Assembly: GCA_963693365.1 (NCBI GenBank)
Contig: CAVNZM010000016.1
Location: forward strand, 3,127,957-3,191,956
DNA: 64,000 nucleotides
From: Amoebidium appalachense
Taxonomy: Eukaryota > Protista > Ichthyosporea
Direction: 5' to 3'
The notes under the pieces are model-generated. The model made no database searches, was not told where the DNA came from, and worked only from the letters and a program-made list of their open reading frames with translations. Below are positions 12,466 to 26,256 of the stretch, in pieces. Numbering within the stretch: the stretch's first letter is position 1; each line of letters opens with the position of its first letter. A program made the translations under genes and the position numbers.

Positions 12466-12693
12466 ACCCCCCCCCCCACCCCTTCCCGGTCCCCTGCCAA
12501 CCACCCACCCGCCTACCTCCAAAAAGCATAGGAGGATAAATAAGGCTTGCCTTGTGCCCCCAAATTCTTCCCGGGGTCCACTAACCGTGACGCTCCTTTT
12601 TCGTATGCTTGCCTTCTTGTTCTCCTAGAGGCACAGTGGCTCCCTCCTTCTCTCCGTCCGTCCCCCTCTCCTCCTTGGGCTATCCCGTCGAGG

Positions 12694-13151
<458 letters not shown>

Positions 13152-13156
13152 CTCTT

Positions 13157-13189
<33 letters not shown>

Positions 13190-13305
13190 ACTCCTACCCC
13201 ACCCCTCCCCCTCCCCCTCCCCCTCCCCCCTCCCATCTCGTAACCCGGACCCTCCCTGCATACACCTGCACCCCGGCTCCTCTCCTTCCTTTTTCGGTGC
13301 CGGTA

Positions 13306-13384
13306 GGATGGGTGGTTAAGCTCCACAGTTGCAGGATATTTAGTCCGTTACCCGGGGAAAATAACCGTGCCAACAGCTTCCCCC

Positions 13385-13432
<48 letters not shown>

Positions 13433-13535
13433 ACACACACACACCACACCACCCACCCACCCTTCGAACTTCATTACCACCATGTGCACTGAGACTTGCA
13501 CATAAACCACACACGCACGCACACACACACACGCG

Positions 13536-13612
<77 letters not shown>

Positions 13613-14889
13613 TTGACTGGCGGTATGTGCATGCCACCAACAAGCCGCACGCAAGCACCGGACGTGTTGCCGTTGAGAACCCACACCTGCAGGTGCCCTC
13701 GATTTCAATTCTTTCGCCGTCTCTATTCCTCTTTTTTATCTGTTTGCTTTTTATTTTTGTGTGTGCTTTGCTTGCCTATCTTTTTATTTGTATACTTGTT
13801 TGTTTGTTTGTTTGTTGTATGTTTGTGTGTGGTACTCGTGCATCAGAAAGCACAGAAGGCTTATGGATCAGAGAGCACAGAAGCACTCTCGCATCAGAAA
13901 GCACAGAGCACTCACGCATCAGAGAGCACAGAAGCACTCATGCATCAGAGAGCACAGAAGCACTCATCAGAGAGCACAGAAGCACTCATGCATCAGAGAG
14001 CACAGAAGCACTCACGCATCAGAGAGCACAGAAGCACTCATCAGGAGCACAGAAGCACTCATCAGAGAGCACAGAAGCACTCATCATAGAGCACAGAAGC
14101 ACTCATCAGAGAGCACAGAAGCACTCATCAGAGAGCACAGAAGCACTCATCAGAGAGCACAGACGCACTCATCAGAGAGCACAGAAGCACTCATCAGAGA
14201 GCACAGAAGCACTCATCAGAGAGCACAGAAGCACTCAAGCACAGAACCACCTACACAATGTCAGAGACACGTGAAGAGTACAAGCAGGTACATGTGCATA
14301 GACGGCCCCTTCTAGAATATGCACACAAGTGATAATTGATGTGCGACCACGGTAGGCTCAGTCTCTTTGAATCTAAGACTTTTTGTTTCCTTTTTTTTTT
14401 TCTTTCAGGTGTTTTTTTGGGAGGGGGGGGGGGGGGGGGGGGGGGGGAGAGGGAGGGTGGGTGGGAGGGAGGGAGGGGGGGGGGGGAGGGGGGGAGGGAG
14501 GGAGGGGGTGGGGGGGGGGGGGGGGGGGGGGGCACGTGCATCTTGACGTACTACGGTGGCCAAACTTGAAGATTGTCTTAAATGATGAGTAATGGAAGCT
14601 GAACCCATGCAACCCCAATGCTGGCACGGTTCCGCACTGCTCGGAATCTCCCAAGTGCCGCTTCATGCCCCTCACATGCTGCCGTGTGCAGGTGACGGCA
14701 GGCAGGCTGGCAGCTGCCGGATTTCCTTGTGTGCGCTGGTTTAGCGCCGTCCATGCCCAGCTAGCGCGCTATGAGGCCATGCATATGAAGCTGCCCGACA
14801 GCCCCGTGGCCCTCAGGCCCGGTGAGCAGGCCTACACCACGTGCATGGCAATGCTGCTGCAGGCCACACGCAGAGACAGCTACAGATAG
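13306..14889 (+). CDS. Possible exons of an unknown gene or gene remnant
   Basis: Exon-like blocks: 13610-13692 (cacag|FDWRYVHATNKPHASTGRVAVENPHLQ|gt) and 14692-14889 (gcag|VTAGRLAAAGFPCVRWFSAVHAQLARYEAMHMKLPDSPVALRPGEQAYTTCMAMLLQATRRDSYR*). Coding-like composition and compatible phase, but no recognised domain. Confidence 0.3.
13840..14245. repeat. Minisatellite, 22-bp unit (26-bp variants), about 17 copies
   Basis: Unit CATCAGAGAGCACAGAAGCACT, with CACG/CATG insertion variants in the 5' copies. Confidence 0.95.
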
Positions 14890-14908
14890 GTGGCCCTGCA
14901 TCATCATG

Positions 14909-15379
14909 AGGACCCAACCACATCGGCAGAGTCAACTTGCAAAAAGCAGAATTATTCTGCAAAAGCGGAATTACTCTGCAAAAAGCAGAATATTTTGCAG
15001 AATCACTCTGCCTTTAGCAGAATCACTCTGCTTTTAGCAGAATTATTCCGCTTTTAGGAGAATTATTCCGCAAAAAGCAGAATCATTCTGCTTTCGACAG
15101 CAGAATAATTCTGCTTTTGGCAGAATAATTCTGCTTTCAGCAGATTGATTCTGCTTTTGGCAGATTGATTCTGCTTTAAGCAGATTGATTCTGCTGTTTG
15201 CAGGGCGATTCTGCTTTTAGCAGATTGATTCAGCTTTTGCAATATAATTCGGCGTTTAGAAAATTGATTCTGCTTTTGCAGAATAATTCTGCTATATTCT
15301 GCTTTTTGCAGAATAATTCTACTTGTTACGGAATAATTCTGCTCGGAGCAAGTTGAATCAGCTGATGTGGTTCGGCCCT
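14909..15379. mobile_element. Foldback-type non-autonomous DNA element (471 bp) with about 32-bp TIRs, internal palindrome array and 6-bp TSD
   Basis: Left end AGGACCCAACCACATCGGCAGAGTCAACTTGC; right end reverse complement AGGGCCGAACCACATCAGCTGATTCAACTTGC. Flanked by ATCATG at 14903-14908 and 15380-15385. Interior has about 20 units of GCAGAAT(A/T/C)ATTCTGC-type palindromes at about 20-bp period. Confidence 0.85.
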
Positions 15380-15460
15380 ATCATGGCGTCTGGGTGGCTG
15401 TGAGAGGCAAAGGGGGGAGACGGTTGGTGGGCTGAGCGCCCGTGTGCTTCGGTAGGCGAG

Positions 15461-15503
<43 letters not shown>

Positions 15504-15551
15504 CCCGGCGACTGGCTCTGGTTTTTTCCCTGTTTTTTCCTGAGCTCAGTG

Positions 15552-15604
<53 letters not shown>

Positions 15605-15610
15605 CCAAAA

Positions 15611-15659
<49 letters not shown>

Positions 15660-15662
<3 letters not shown>

Positions 15663-15792
15663 TGCAATGTGTTACTAAAACGGGCACACACACACACACG
15701 TGCACATACACACCTACACCACACACGTGCAATGTGTTACTAAAACGGGCACACACACACACACGTGCACATACACACCTACACCACACACA
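15660..15792. repeat. Tandem duplication, about 67-bp unit x2
   Basis: GTGCAATGTGTTACTAAAACGGGCACACACACACACACGTGCACATACACACCTACACCACACAC occurs twice. Confidence 0.85.
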
Positions 15793-15986
15793 CAAACACA
15801 CCCAGTGACAAATAAAGGTACAAACCGACGTATACTATAAAGGCTTAGTCAAACATTTTCGGACAGAAAGGTGCACAGTGCACAGCATACACACACACTG
15901 ACACACACACTGACACACACACACACACACACACATACACACACGCACACACATACACAAGGACAGAACACACGCATACACAATAT

Positions 15987-16041
<55 letters not shown>

Positions 16042-16088
16042 TCGTGACAGTCACACACATACACAAGGACATAACAAACACACACTAT

Positions 16089-16127
<39 letters not shown>

Positions 16128-17222
16128 GTGACAGTCACACACACACAAGGACATAACAAACACACTATGCACACATGTACACACACACACTATCGACTTT
16201 TTCGGTCTATTGTTGGTAACGAAGCAAAAGCTTCCGGAGAACTTCCAGCTAACCATTAAGAAATGATCTGCTGCACTTGTACTTGTATGTTCATTGTGCA
16301 CAGCCTAGTAGGGAAGCCAAAGTCCCCACTCCGAATCCCCCCCCCCCCCTCCCCCCTCCCCCCCCCCCCCCTCCCCCCCTCCCTCCCCCCCCCCCCCCCC
16401 TCCCCCCCTGCCCCCGTTATCTTATTTTTCCCCCAGGCCTCGGTAGCCTTTAGAATCTGGATTTTTTTCCCAAAAAACCTAGTACTAATTATCTTATAGA
16501 TGAATTATCTGAATCGTGAATGACCCCTGTACGGCTCACCCCTTTCATACACGCCACACCCCTCCTAAAATTATCCTCGGGGCCTGGGGGGAAGCCCCCC
16601 CCCCCCCCCCAAAAAAAAAAAAAAAAAAAAAAAAGAAAAAAGGAAAAAAAAAAAAAAAAAAACACCACTACCGCCAAATTCAGAAAAGAAAGCTGTGAGA
16701 TGCCGGCCCCGCCGTATTATTACAACTACTGTTGGGTAACGGTATCCGTGAATCAACATTAATGATGTTTACATGTTGCTTCCGACCCTACATACCACCA
16801 CAAACACTCATACCAGCCAGCGTGGTGCCACACCTCTCCCTATGTTCCAGCCACACAGCCAGCACCCACACGTACAGTCTCTTGTGCATCCTCAGCACGC
16901 AGCCTGATCAAAGCTTCACTTTCGGAACTCGCGAGGCCTTGGGTTGAATATTTGCGGCTGCAAGTAAATGTCCGATCTCGTAACATAGCTGGGCGACACT
17001 GTGCAACCACACAGTGTAATGTGGCCAGTATAACTGCTTCTGTTGCACTTGGAGAGAACACCACAGCCAGTCATACACCAACACCTGCGGCTATTTTGCA
17101 CGTCCCTGCAGCCACTGCACGCCTCCGAAAACGGAAATTCTGCCGGAGAGCCATTCTACCGCCACACATTAAATTTGTGCACGGCAACATATCCCATTCA
17201 TTGCCCTCACACACATTCTGGC

Positions 17223-17630
17223 CTAATCTTCTTCATCCTGGTCCGGCATTTTGTTCCTAATCCACGCCTCCTTTGCATATTTTCTCTTGCCAGCAGGCGC
17301 CGGCTCCTCCCCACGTGAAGTTGCGGTAGTGACGGGATGGGGTGTGGGTGTAGTTGCTGCAGTTGAACTGGCCGGCGCCGTGGGTGTTGATGGTGGTGGC
17401 TCGGCCGGCCGACTATTACGCATCCACAAGACCCTTAGTGATAATTGGTGTATGCGGGTGGGACGAAAAGGAGGGAAGGAGGGACGCCCAGGGGGCGGAG
17501 GGGGGGGGGGGGGGGGGGGGGAGGGGGGGGAGGGGGGAAGAAAGGGGAAAAAAAAACGAAGACACGTATAGCCGAGCCTTTAAGACAGTCACGCACCATC
17601 CGACTATGGAACAATCCCCCTTATCACCCT

Positions 17631-17661
<31 letters not shown>

Positions 17662-17788
17662 CACAAAAAAAAAAAAAAAAAAAAAAAAAAGGAAATGCCC
17701 AACGAACCACTCCCGTAGTCTCAAGCTACCCCCCCCCCCCCCCCCCCCCCCCGCCCCTTTCCCCCTCCCCCCCCCTCCTCTCCCCCCC

Positions 17789-17822
<34 letters not shown>

Positions 17823-18500
17823 CCCTCCTTTCTCCCCCTCCCCCCCCCCTCCCCCTCCCCCCCCCTCCCCCCCCACCCAATGCCTTGGACCATCCCACCA
17901 CCAGACAAGCACGAATTAATTGCAGTGCACACACCAGACAAACACGAATTAATTGCAGTGCACACACCAGACAAGCACGAATTAATTGCAGTGCACACAC
18001 CAGACAAGCACAAATTTATTGCAGTGCACACACCAGACAAGCACGAATTAATCGCAGTGCACACACCTTGCGGCCTTGGGCACAAAGACAGGCGCAAACA
18101 GGCCCCCCAGAGGGGCTGCACGGGACAGCTGCTGCCGTCTCAATGCCGCCTGGCCCTTGCTGCTGCCTCGTGCTAAACCTACGGCCTGCATGGATGAAAA
18201 ATGTCAGCAAACACAAAATCTAAGAAAAAAAACAAAATTATATATATCTCTCTATATATATATGTGTGTGTATATATGTGTATATATATATGTATATCAT
18301 ATATACATATATGAATATATATATATAGGACCATGGCCGGCTGCTTGTTGACAGGTAATAAATGTGTGTGTGTGTGTGTGGTGTGTGTAGGTGGGTGGGT
18401 TGGTTTTCTTTTCTGTTGGGGGGGAGGGGGGGGAGGGGGGGAGAAGGCTGTGTGCGTGTAAAGGGGAGGTGGGGAGAGGGTTTGCTTGCTTGTGTGTATT

Positions 18501-18534
<34 letters not shown>

Positions 18535-18938
18535 ATTCTGTGTGTTTGTGTAGGCTGCCCTTGTGTTTCGGTGTGTATATGTGTCTACACTTGCATGTGT
18601 GTGTGCGCACGCACGTGCGTTTGTTCCTGTGTGCATGAGCGTGTGTGTGCGCCCTCGCAAAAGGGGACGGGAGGAGGGACAGGGGAAGGGGGAGGGGGGG
18701 GGGGGTGGGGGGGGGGGGGGGGGGGGGGAGGGGGGGGGAGGGAGTGGGTGAAACAGGGGAGTTTGCACGACCTTGCTTGTTGGCGGGGCCACAAGAACTG
18801 TGCTTGTGACCAACCCAGCATAGCGCCCACCCTCAGGGCTGAGGGGCTGCGCCGCATGCACGATGGGCTCCTCCTCGAACCGAACACTCTTGCGTGGTCT
18901 CTGCACTCCGTGTCATTATTGTGCACCCGCTTAACCCT

Positions 18939-18982
<44 letters not shown>

Positions 18983-19235
18983 TTCCTCTCCCCCCCCTCC
19001 CTGCCACCACCACCACCACCACCACCCACCCGCCCAAACCCCCAACCCCTCACCCCTTTCTAGCCCTCCGAATCAACTCTTTTTCCCTCGGTTGCCACAC
19101 ACAGCACGAGTTCGGCACATGAACACACACCATTTACTGCCCCCATTTTCCCTCCTTCCGTTGGCTTCCCGCCCTTCCTTTTTTCACGCCAGCCCGCACA
19201 TTTTAAGTAGGCAAACATAAAGAGCTTTACCCTTC

Positions 19236-19280
<45 letters not shown>

Positions 19281-19760
19281 ATCCTCCCCTCCCCACTGGC
19301 GTCCCTCCCCTCCCCCCTCCCAACCCCCCCTCTCTGCCTAATTTTATACCCCCCTCCTCCCGGCCCCGGTCCCCGCAGCCTCCTCCCCCCCCCCCTCCCC
19401 CCTTCCCCCCCCCCCTTCCCCCCCCCCCCTCCCCCCCCCTCTCGCCCCCCTCCCCACCTCCCCCAAACACACACACAAAAACACCAACCCTCCCGAAGAA
19501 AAGAAAATCGTTCACACACCTTCTGTGCTGGGCCCTCCTCCGTGGGACTTGCGGGGTGTTTGTTCTGATTTGTCTGGGGCACAGCAGCCTGCATGGCGTT
19601 GAATGCCGTGATGCCAGCCACATCGTCAGCAGCTGCAACACAAACAATGAATGAATGAGTGGCCCGTCACCACCGTGCTCCCCCCAAAAAACGATTTTTC
19701 CCCCCTTCAGCCCTTCCCCCCCCCCCCCCCCTCAAAAAAAAAAAAAAAAAAAAAACCCAG

Positions 19761-19797
<37 letters not shown>

Positions 19798-20676
19798 ACC
19801 ACCACCACCACCACCACACACACACACACAGACACACACACTCACAAACACCTCCCGGGGTCAAATAAAACACAGATAAACACAGACAAACGGGCACGAA
19901 CGCGCAGCCAAACAAACAAAAAAGAAAGAAGGAAAGAAAGAAAGAAAGAAAGAACAACAACAAAAAGAATAACTGATAACAATGTACATGATCCCCTGCC
20001 CAGGGCGATCTCCACCCATTCCCCCTTCCCCGGGTTTCCTCCCTTCCCTTCTCCTTCTCCCTCCCCCCCCCCCCCCCCCCCCACAAACATACACACACAC
20101 ACACACACACACACATACACACACACACACACAAAACACCCGCACATACGCATACACACACACACACACACACACACCCGCACTCACAAAACACACACGC
20201 ACACACACCTGGGGGTGCCGTATGCAGCACATAGGTGCGGGTGGATGCCCCAAACCGCAGCATGCTGCCCTCTGCACCTTCAAAGGTCAGCACAGCCCCC
20301 CCCCCCCCCCCCCACTTCTCCCCTCCCACACCACCACACACTCACCCCCCCCCCCCCTCCCCCTCCCCCCCCCCTCCCCACACACACACCCCACCACCAC
20401 CCACCCACCCCACTCTTTTTTGGGAGCACCAAGGCTTAATACCCACCGGCCACTGGAGTCAGCTGGTTTGGGTCGAGTCGGCGTGGGCCAAGGAAAGTGC
20501 CGTGAGCTGATTGGAAAATGTCAGTGACATGTAAACGCCAAAAGGTGGATAGATTGTATTACAGATCACGAAGAACATATTAACGGGCGGACAATAGAAT
20601 GCAGATGTGGAAGAGCATGCACAAAGAGTATCCATAAGCAGAGCACATCCTCAGAAGGGGGCAAAAGTCATCCAGA

Positions 20677-20749
<73 letters not shown>

Positions 20750-21071
20750 TGAATAAAGGTGTGGGTGTGTGGGTGTTTGTGGCAGGAGAGGGAGGGGGGG
20801 GGGGGGGGGGGGGGGGGGGGATGCTCACTGCTGCCCAAGTCCGAGAGAAATGCTCTCTCTGCTGCTGAATGGTACACCAATGCTGCATGCTGGCGGGATG
20901 CTAGCCCAACCCCAACCAGAGTTGAAAATAGAACATTTACACTAAGCTAGGCAGGCACAAACCACCACTGCATATTCAGGTGCTGAGTGCATGGGCCAAA
21001 TTCCTACATCCAGCAAAAAGAATTGACATTTATCTTCCAGCCCCTCCCCCCCCTCCTCCCCCCAAAAACCC

Positions 21072-21105
<34 letters not shown>

Positions 21106-21203
21106 GCCCGCCCTTCTACCCCTCTCCCTGAACGCATCCGAAACACCCACCCACCGCACACACGCATGCACACACGCACACACACACACATACAATGACA
21201 TAA

Positions 21204-21238
<35 letters not shown>

Positions 21239-21243
21239 CACAT

Positions 21244-21287
<44 letters not shown>

Positions 21288-21608
21288 ACACACACACACA
21301 CCTGAGGGGTGGGCCAAGATCACCTGACACGTATCCTCATTACGTCCAAACACAAGCGCCGGCCGCCCCTCCAACCCGACCTGCCACCCGAATTCCCGTT
21401 TGTTTACTCCCGCCCTTCCCCTACCCACTCCCCTCCCCTCTTCCATATGTGCCTTCCCCCTTCCCTCCCCCCACCCCCCCTCTCCACACACTCACACACA
21501 CACACACACACATACACATACAATCCACCCCCCCCACCCGCCACACAAACACAATCCACAACCAAACACGGGTATGTGTGCAGCCCCCGCCCCATCCTCA
21601 AAACCCCC

Positions 21609-21644
<36 letters not shown>

Positions 21645-21880
21645 CCCCACCCAATCTCTCCCCTCCCCGCCCTCCCTCGTCCCCTCCCCGTCCCCCCCCT
21701 CCCCCCCGGGCCCCAGGTCACAGGCATGTGTGCCCCCACCTTCTGAACCAAAGCATCGTCCTTTTGCACGTCCAGATGCCACCCGGCAGGAAACTCCCCA
21801 GCCCTGTTAACCGCGTGATCAGGCTATATATATACCCCAACCCATCTCACCTACAAGCACACAGGTCACACACTCACCGA

Positions 21881-21922
<42 letters not shown>

Positions 21923-21927
21923 CTGTC

Positions 21928-21961
<34 letters not shown>

Positions 21962-22149
21962 CCTCTCTCACACTCTCTCTCGCCCCCCCTCCCCCCCTCC
22001 CCCTCCCCCCCCCTCCCCCCCCCCCCCCCAACCCAACCACCCGCCTTCCCTCCCTCCCTTCCTCGCTCACTCACTCACTCCCTTCCTCGCACACACACAC
22101 ATATACGCACTACACACTGTCAGACACACATCCACACACGCACAGATAC

Positions 22150-22197
<48 letters not shown>

Positions 22198-22307
22198 ACA
22201 AAACACACTCAAACACACATACACACACACACACACACCACCCTCTCCCCTTTCCTTTAGACTGCAGGCTCAAACTCTTACCAGGCTGGAGGCTGATAGG
22301 TTGCCAT
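17223..22307 (-). CDS. PPP1R8: Nuclear inhibitor of protein phosphatase 1 (NIPP1): FHA domain, RVxF motif and C-terminal KYAKEAW motif
   Basis: Exons approx. 22307-22282 (MATYQPPAW), 21803-21740 ([21 protein letters not shown]), 21380-21302 ([18 protein letters not shown]), 20900-20829 ([23 protein letters not shown]), 20506-20447 ([13 protein letters not shown]), 20277-20208 ([12 protein letters not shown]), 19633-19520 (GITAFNAM), 18900-18772 (RKSVRFEEE...[11 protein letters not shown]), 18185-18067, (17603-17566?), about 17433-17223 ([14 protein letters not shown]...*). All blocks match recalled NIPP1 motifs in the right order. Confidence 0.93.
17898..18067. repeat. Intronic minisatellite, 33-bp unit x5, abutting a NIPP1 splice donor
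   Basis: Unit CCAGACAAGCACGAATTAATTGCAGTGCACACA. Confidence 0.95.
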
Positions 22308-22842
22308 AAGACCGTGCTGCTACCTGGGAACACAGGAAGTCAGCAGGTAGAACCCAAAAGTAATTAGGGGGGGGAGGGGTTCCGGAAGGAGCGAAAAAGC
22401 CAGTGTCGGGGGGGAAGGGGGGGGAAGGGGGGGGGGGGGGGGGAGGGGGGAGGGGGGAGGGGGGGCGGGGGAGTGGGGGGTGGGGGGGGGGGGGGGGGGT
22501 TCCAGGGGGTGAAAGTAAAATGTGGTTGTGTGACTGGGGGGGTGGGGTGTGGGGGGGTGTATGGGCCGGTGTGTGTGTGTCTGCGTGTTGTGCGCGCGCG
22601 TGTGTGTGCATCCGCGCCCGTGCGTTTGTGTGTCCATGTGTGCATCTGTGTGTCTTTGAGTGTGAGCAGAATGAGTGATCAAGTGTCAGAAAGGGATAGT
22701 CCGAAACGGACTGGATGAGATGAAGGGAGTTGGAAGAGAGTGTTGAGAAAGCAAGAGAGAAGAGGGAGGGAGGGACAGGGGGGCGGCCAGGGGGAGGGGG
22801 GGGGGGGGGAGAGAGGGAGGCTGGTGAGAGGGGGGGGGGGGG

Positions 22843-22900
<58 letters not shown>

Positions 22901-23026
22901 GAGAGAGAGCGAAGGAGAGAGAGAGAGGGAGGGAGGGAGGGAGGGAGGGAGGGAGGGAGAGGGAGGGAGGGAGGGAGGGAGAGAGGGAGGGAGAGAGGGA
23001 GGGAGGGAGGGAGGGAGGGAGAAAGA

Positions 23027-23142
<116 letters not shown>

Positions 23143-24059
23143 GGGGGGAAGGCGGGAGGGAGGGAGGGAGGGAGGGAGGAAGGGAGGGGGCGAGGGAGAA
23201 AAAGAGGGGAGAGTAAGGGAAGGAGCGAAAGGGAGGGAGAGAGCGAGAGAGAGAGAGAAGTAGTTGAGGGGATGGAGGGTGGGCTGAGGGAGGGGTGGAA
23301 GAAAGCGAGGAGGGGGAGGTGGGGGGCAGGAGCCAGGGGGGGGGGAGGGGGCGGGGGGAGTGGGGGCGGAATGGGGGTTGAGAGGACGGAGTTAGTCAAG
23401 CAGCAAATCATGATTGGGGCGATCCCAACCCCGGGATAGGCTCAAACTCCAATTGAATCTCGCAATTTCATCCCTCTATCCCTTTATACCACGTTATCCT
23501 ATGGCACCTAATCCCTGCCTTTTCTTTTCCCCCTTCACTCCCCTCTCCCCGCCCTCTCCCAGGCTTCCCGTCTCCCCCCCCCCCCCCCCCCCTCCCCCCT
23601 ACTCCCCTCCTCCCCCCCCCCCCCCCCCCCCTCCCCCCCCCCCCCAACCCCCCAACCCCCCCGCCGCCGCCCTTCCCACCCTATCAAACCTGTAGGCTCC
23701 CCTTCCCTCGTCCCCCTCCCCTCTGGACGAATCATTTCCACACCTATCAACTTGTGCTCGGCTGCACCAACCACCGCTGATCAGGATGTGGACGGTGAAA
23801 ACAATCGTTCCCCGGGATCCCAAAGTGTTATGGTACTGGCGAAGTCCAAGATCTCAGCTCAGAGGAGTGCAATCGCAGTTAGTTGGAGCGCAACAATTGG
23901 CTCAATCATTAGCATTCCAACCAATCACAAATGTAATATTCACCCATTGATGAGCCAGATCTACACCACAGAATTAGACCAATGATCAAGCGTCATTGCT
24001 TTTTGCCCTAGTTCAAAAGAGGCGCTTAGATCGGTAAAATTATATATAGTCTATAGTTC

Positions 24060-24300
24060 AATGGGTGCGGTGCATCGACGAAAAGTCTGACGTCGCACTA
24101 CATTCCAGAAATTAAAGGGATATGATTGGTGCGGGGGCTCGACGAAAAATCTCCTGGCCGCAGCCACGGCTAGTATAGACTAATGCGAGGCGGGCCGGGG
24201 CCGGATGGCACATTGCAAGCCTGAAGGGTCAAGTGCGCCCGCGCGGGCCGGGATCCGCGGATGCGCCACCGTCACCCATTGAGCCTCACGTGTAATCCGC
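24060..24300. promoter_or_regulatory. CpG/GC-rich putative promoter island between divergent NIPP1 and lectin genes
   Basis: Microsatellite-free and CpG-dense, with TGACGTC (about 24088), an ATTGG (reverse CCAAT) box at about 24125 and GC-box-like GGCGGGCCGGGG. Confidence 0.4.
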
Positions 24301-24530
24301 AATTTTCATGGAACATTTTTTAATCTCAGAATCAATCATGCACATACATCGAACTGGTTCGAGCATAACTTCGAAACAGGATAACTTTAATTTAACACCT
24401 GTAATATAACTTCACTTTTTCGTATAATGTAACTTCTATTGAATGTATTGAGTTAGAACAGTTCAATAGTACTAAGTCACCTTTCAATATTGTTTCGTAT
24501 GTTTCAAAAAAAAAAAAAAGATGTTTCGGA

Positions 24531-24867
24531 AGTTGTGCAGTGGCGTTGTAATTTTTGTTTCCATCACCGCTGGTGCCACTTTTGTGCCGAACTTTTTAAT
24601 CGCAAGCATGTTGATAGATGTGAGTTTTATGTCGCGTTTTACCTCTTTCCCTACGAGTGTCTGCTACACTGGCTGGCAATGTGACCACTTTAGACTTTTT
24701 ATTGAATTCTGTTGGTCGTCACATTGAGTATTTATATGATTTTCACACAGTGTTCAGGTATCTCAGTATGCACTTGTTACTGGATAACTCGTGAAGTTTT
24801 TATCGTCTTCTCAGTATGCCGTGTATACTTGCATATCTTTCCGTCGAATAAATCCAGTCAAAAGAAA
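24531..24867 (+). mobile_element. 5'-truncated LINE copy (3' end only), same family as 60024-62416
   Basis: Highly similar to about 62074-62412 and ends AATAAATCCAGTCAAAAGAAA. TSD ATGTTTCGGA at 24521-24530 and 24868-24877. Confidence 0.92.
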
Positions 24868-25434
24868 ATGTTTCGGAGCCCCTTGACATATCTTTGGTCT
24901 GGGTGTACGTTCACCGGATAGAATAGCCAATGTCAATTGGTTTCACGTCACCGTAATATATTGCCGGCGTCAAATGATTCCTAATAATAGCTCAAAGTCA
25001 GAATTGGAATGAGAAAAAAACTAATACATAAGCAGTTTGCGCCCGTCATTCTATTTATGTTTCCGATATCAAATAACCACATGCCGGGAATATCTAGTTT
25101 TTCTGAAGCGTTATTCTCTTCAAGAACTCCACACGTTTTTTGATATCCCTCTCAGGAATTTGTGGTGGTATGCCAGGATTGTCCAATCAGCCACAGAGTG
25201 CTTCTCTGATTGGGCTCCTTTATAGGGGAGTGTAGGGGGTTTCAAATGCGACCGCTTTGCACCCTCTCACTGGGCTTGTCACTCTTACGCCAACTTTACT
25301 TTCTCTCTGTCATCCTCTCGCACCCAAATTCGTTCCAAGTCTCTCAAAGCCCTGGTGTGAGAAGGAAACCTTGGACGGACACAAAACCATCAACGAAATT
25401 CAACCTCAACCATCCAAAGTAATCAATTTCAAAC

Positions 25435-26224
25435 ATGTCTTTCCGTAACGTTTTCGTGCTGGCTGCCCTCGCGGCTCTGGCCTCTGCCCGGGCCACAACA
25501 GAGGAGGAGGTGAGTTTCACTGGTTATGGGGTGCTAGAGGAAAAAAACGAATACCGAGGTCGTGTCAGTGGTTTGGAGAAGGCAAGCAATTATCGGTTGG
25601 CCGTGGGGCGTATTAAGTGTGGGTGTCAGGAGACACGTGTGCATACAAAATTTGTGCGACGGGAAGGACCTATTCGAAATTCGCGACATGCACCACACTA
25701 TGCGAAGGTGTTGTGCTCGACTTATGAACATGTAAAACTAATAAGCCTATTGAATGAATTAAACCGTTATGCATGTGGACGTTCACTGTAACTCTCAATT
25801 ATGTGTATGACGTAAGTTTGGTGATTATTGTAACACAGGCGGCGTAGAGGAATATCTTCTGCTACCCGACCGATTTGCTTTTCTTTTTTTACACGAGTAC
25901 CGACTGCCATATCATTTTGTATGCCAGAGAGACTGTATAGAGCTTACCACGTTTACCACGTCCATATGTGTGCCTTGGGCAGGTTGTGGGTGCCCAGATA
26001 ATGCCAGGCAGACCCAAAGTGGCAGTTTCATTGATTGTTATTTCTTGCGATCCCACCACATTTTTATTTAGACTGGAGGCGCGCATATGCAGACGGGGCC
26101 GTGCGTACAGGATACGCGTTTGATGTGTGTGTTTGGCCATGTGATAGCGGAGGCATCTGGGAATGGGGAGCTTGTCAGAGGGTTGATGCTTTTTGCTCCC
26201 GGGTGAGGCTTAACATGCCCCCCT

Positions 26225-26256
<32 letters not shown>

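Noticed and set aside
16700-17430. Possible hAT/TTF transposase remnant (KRKY...W)
   Set aside because: The motif is the NIPP1 C-terminus KYAKEAW; downstream sequence is consistent with 3' UTR.
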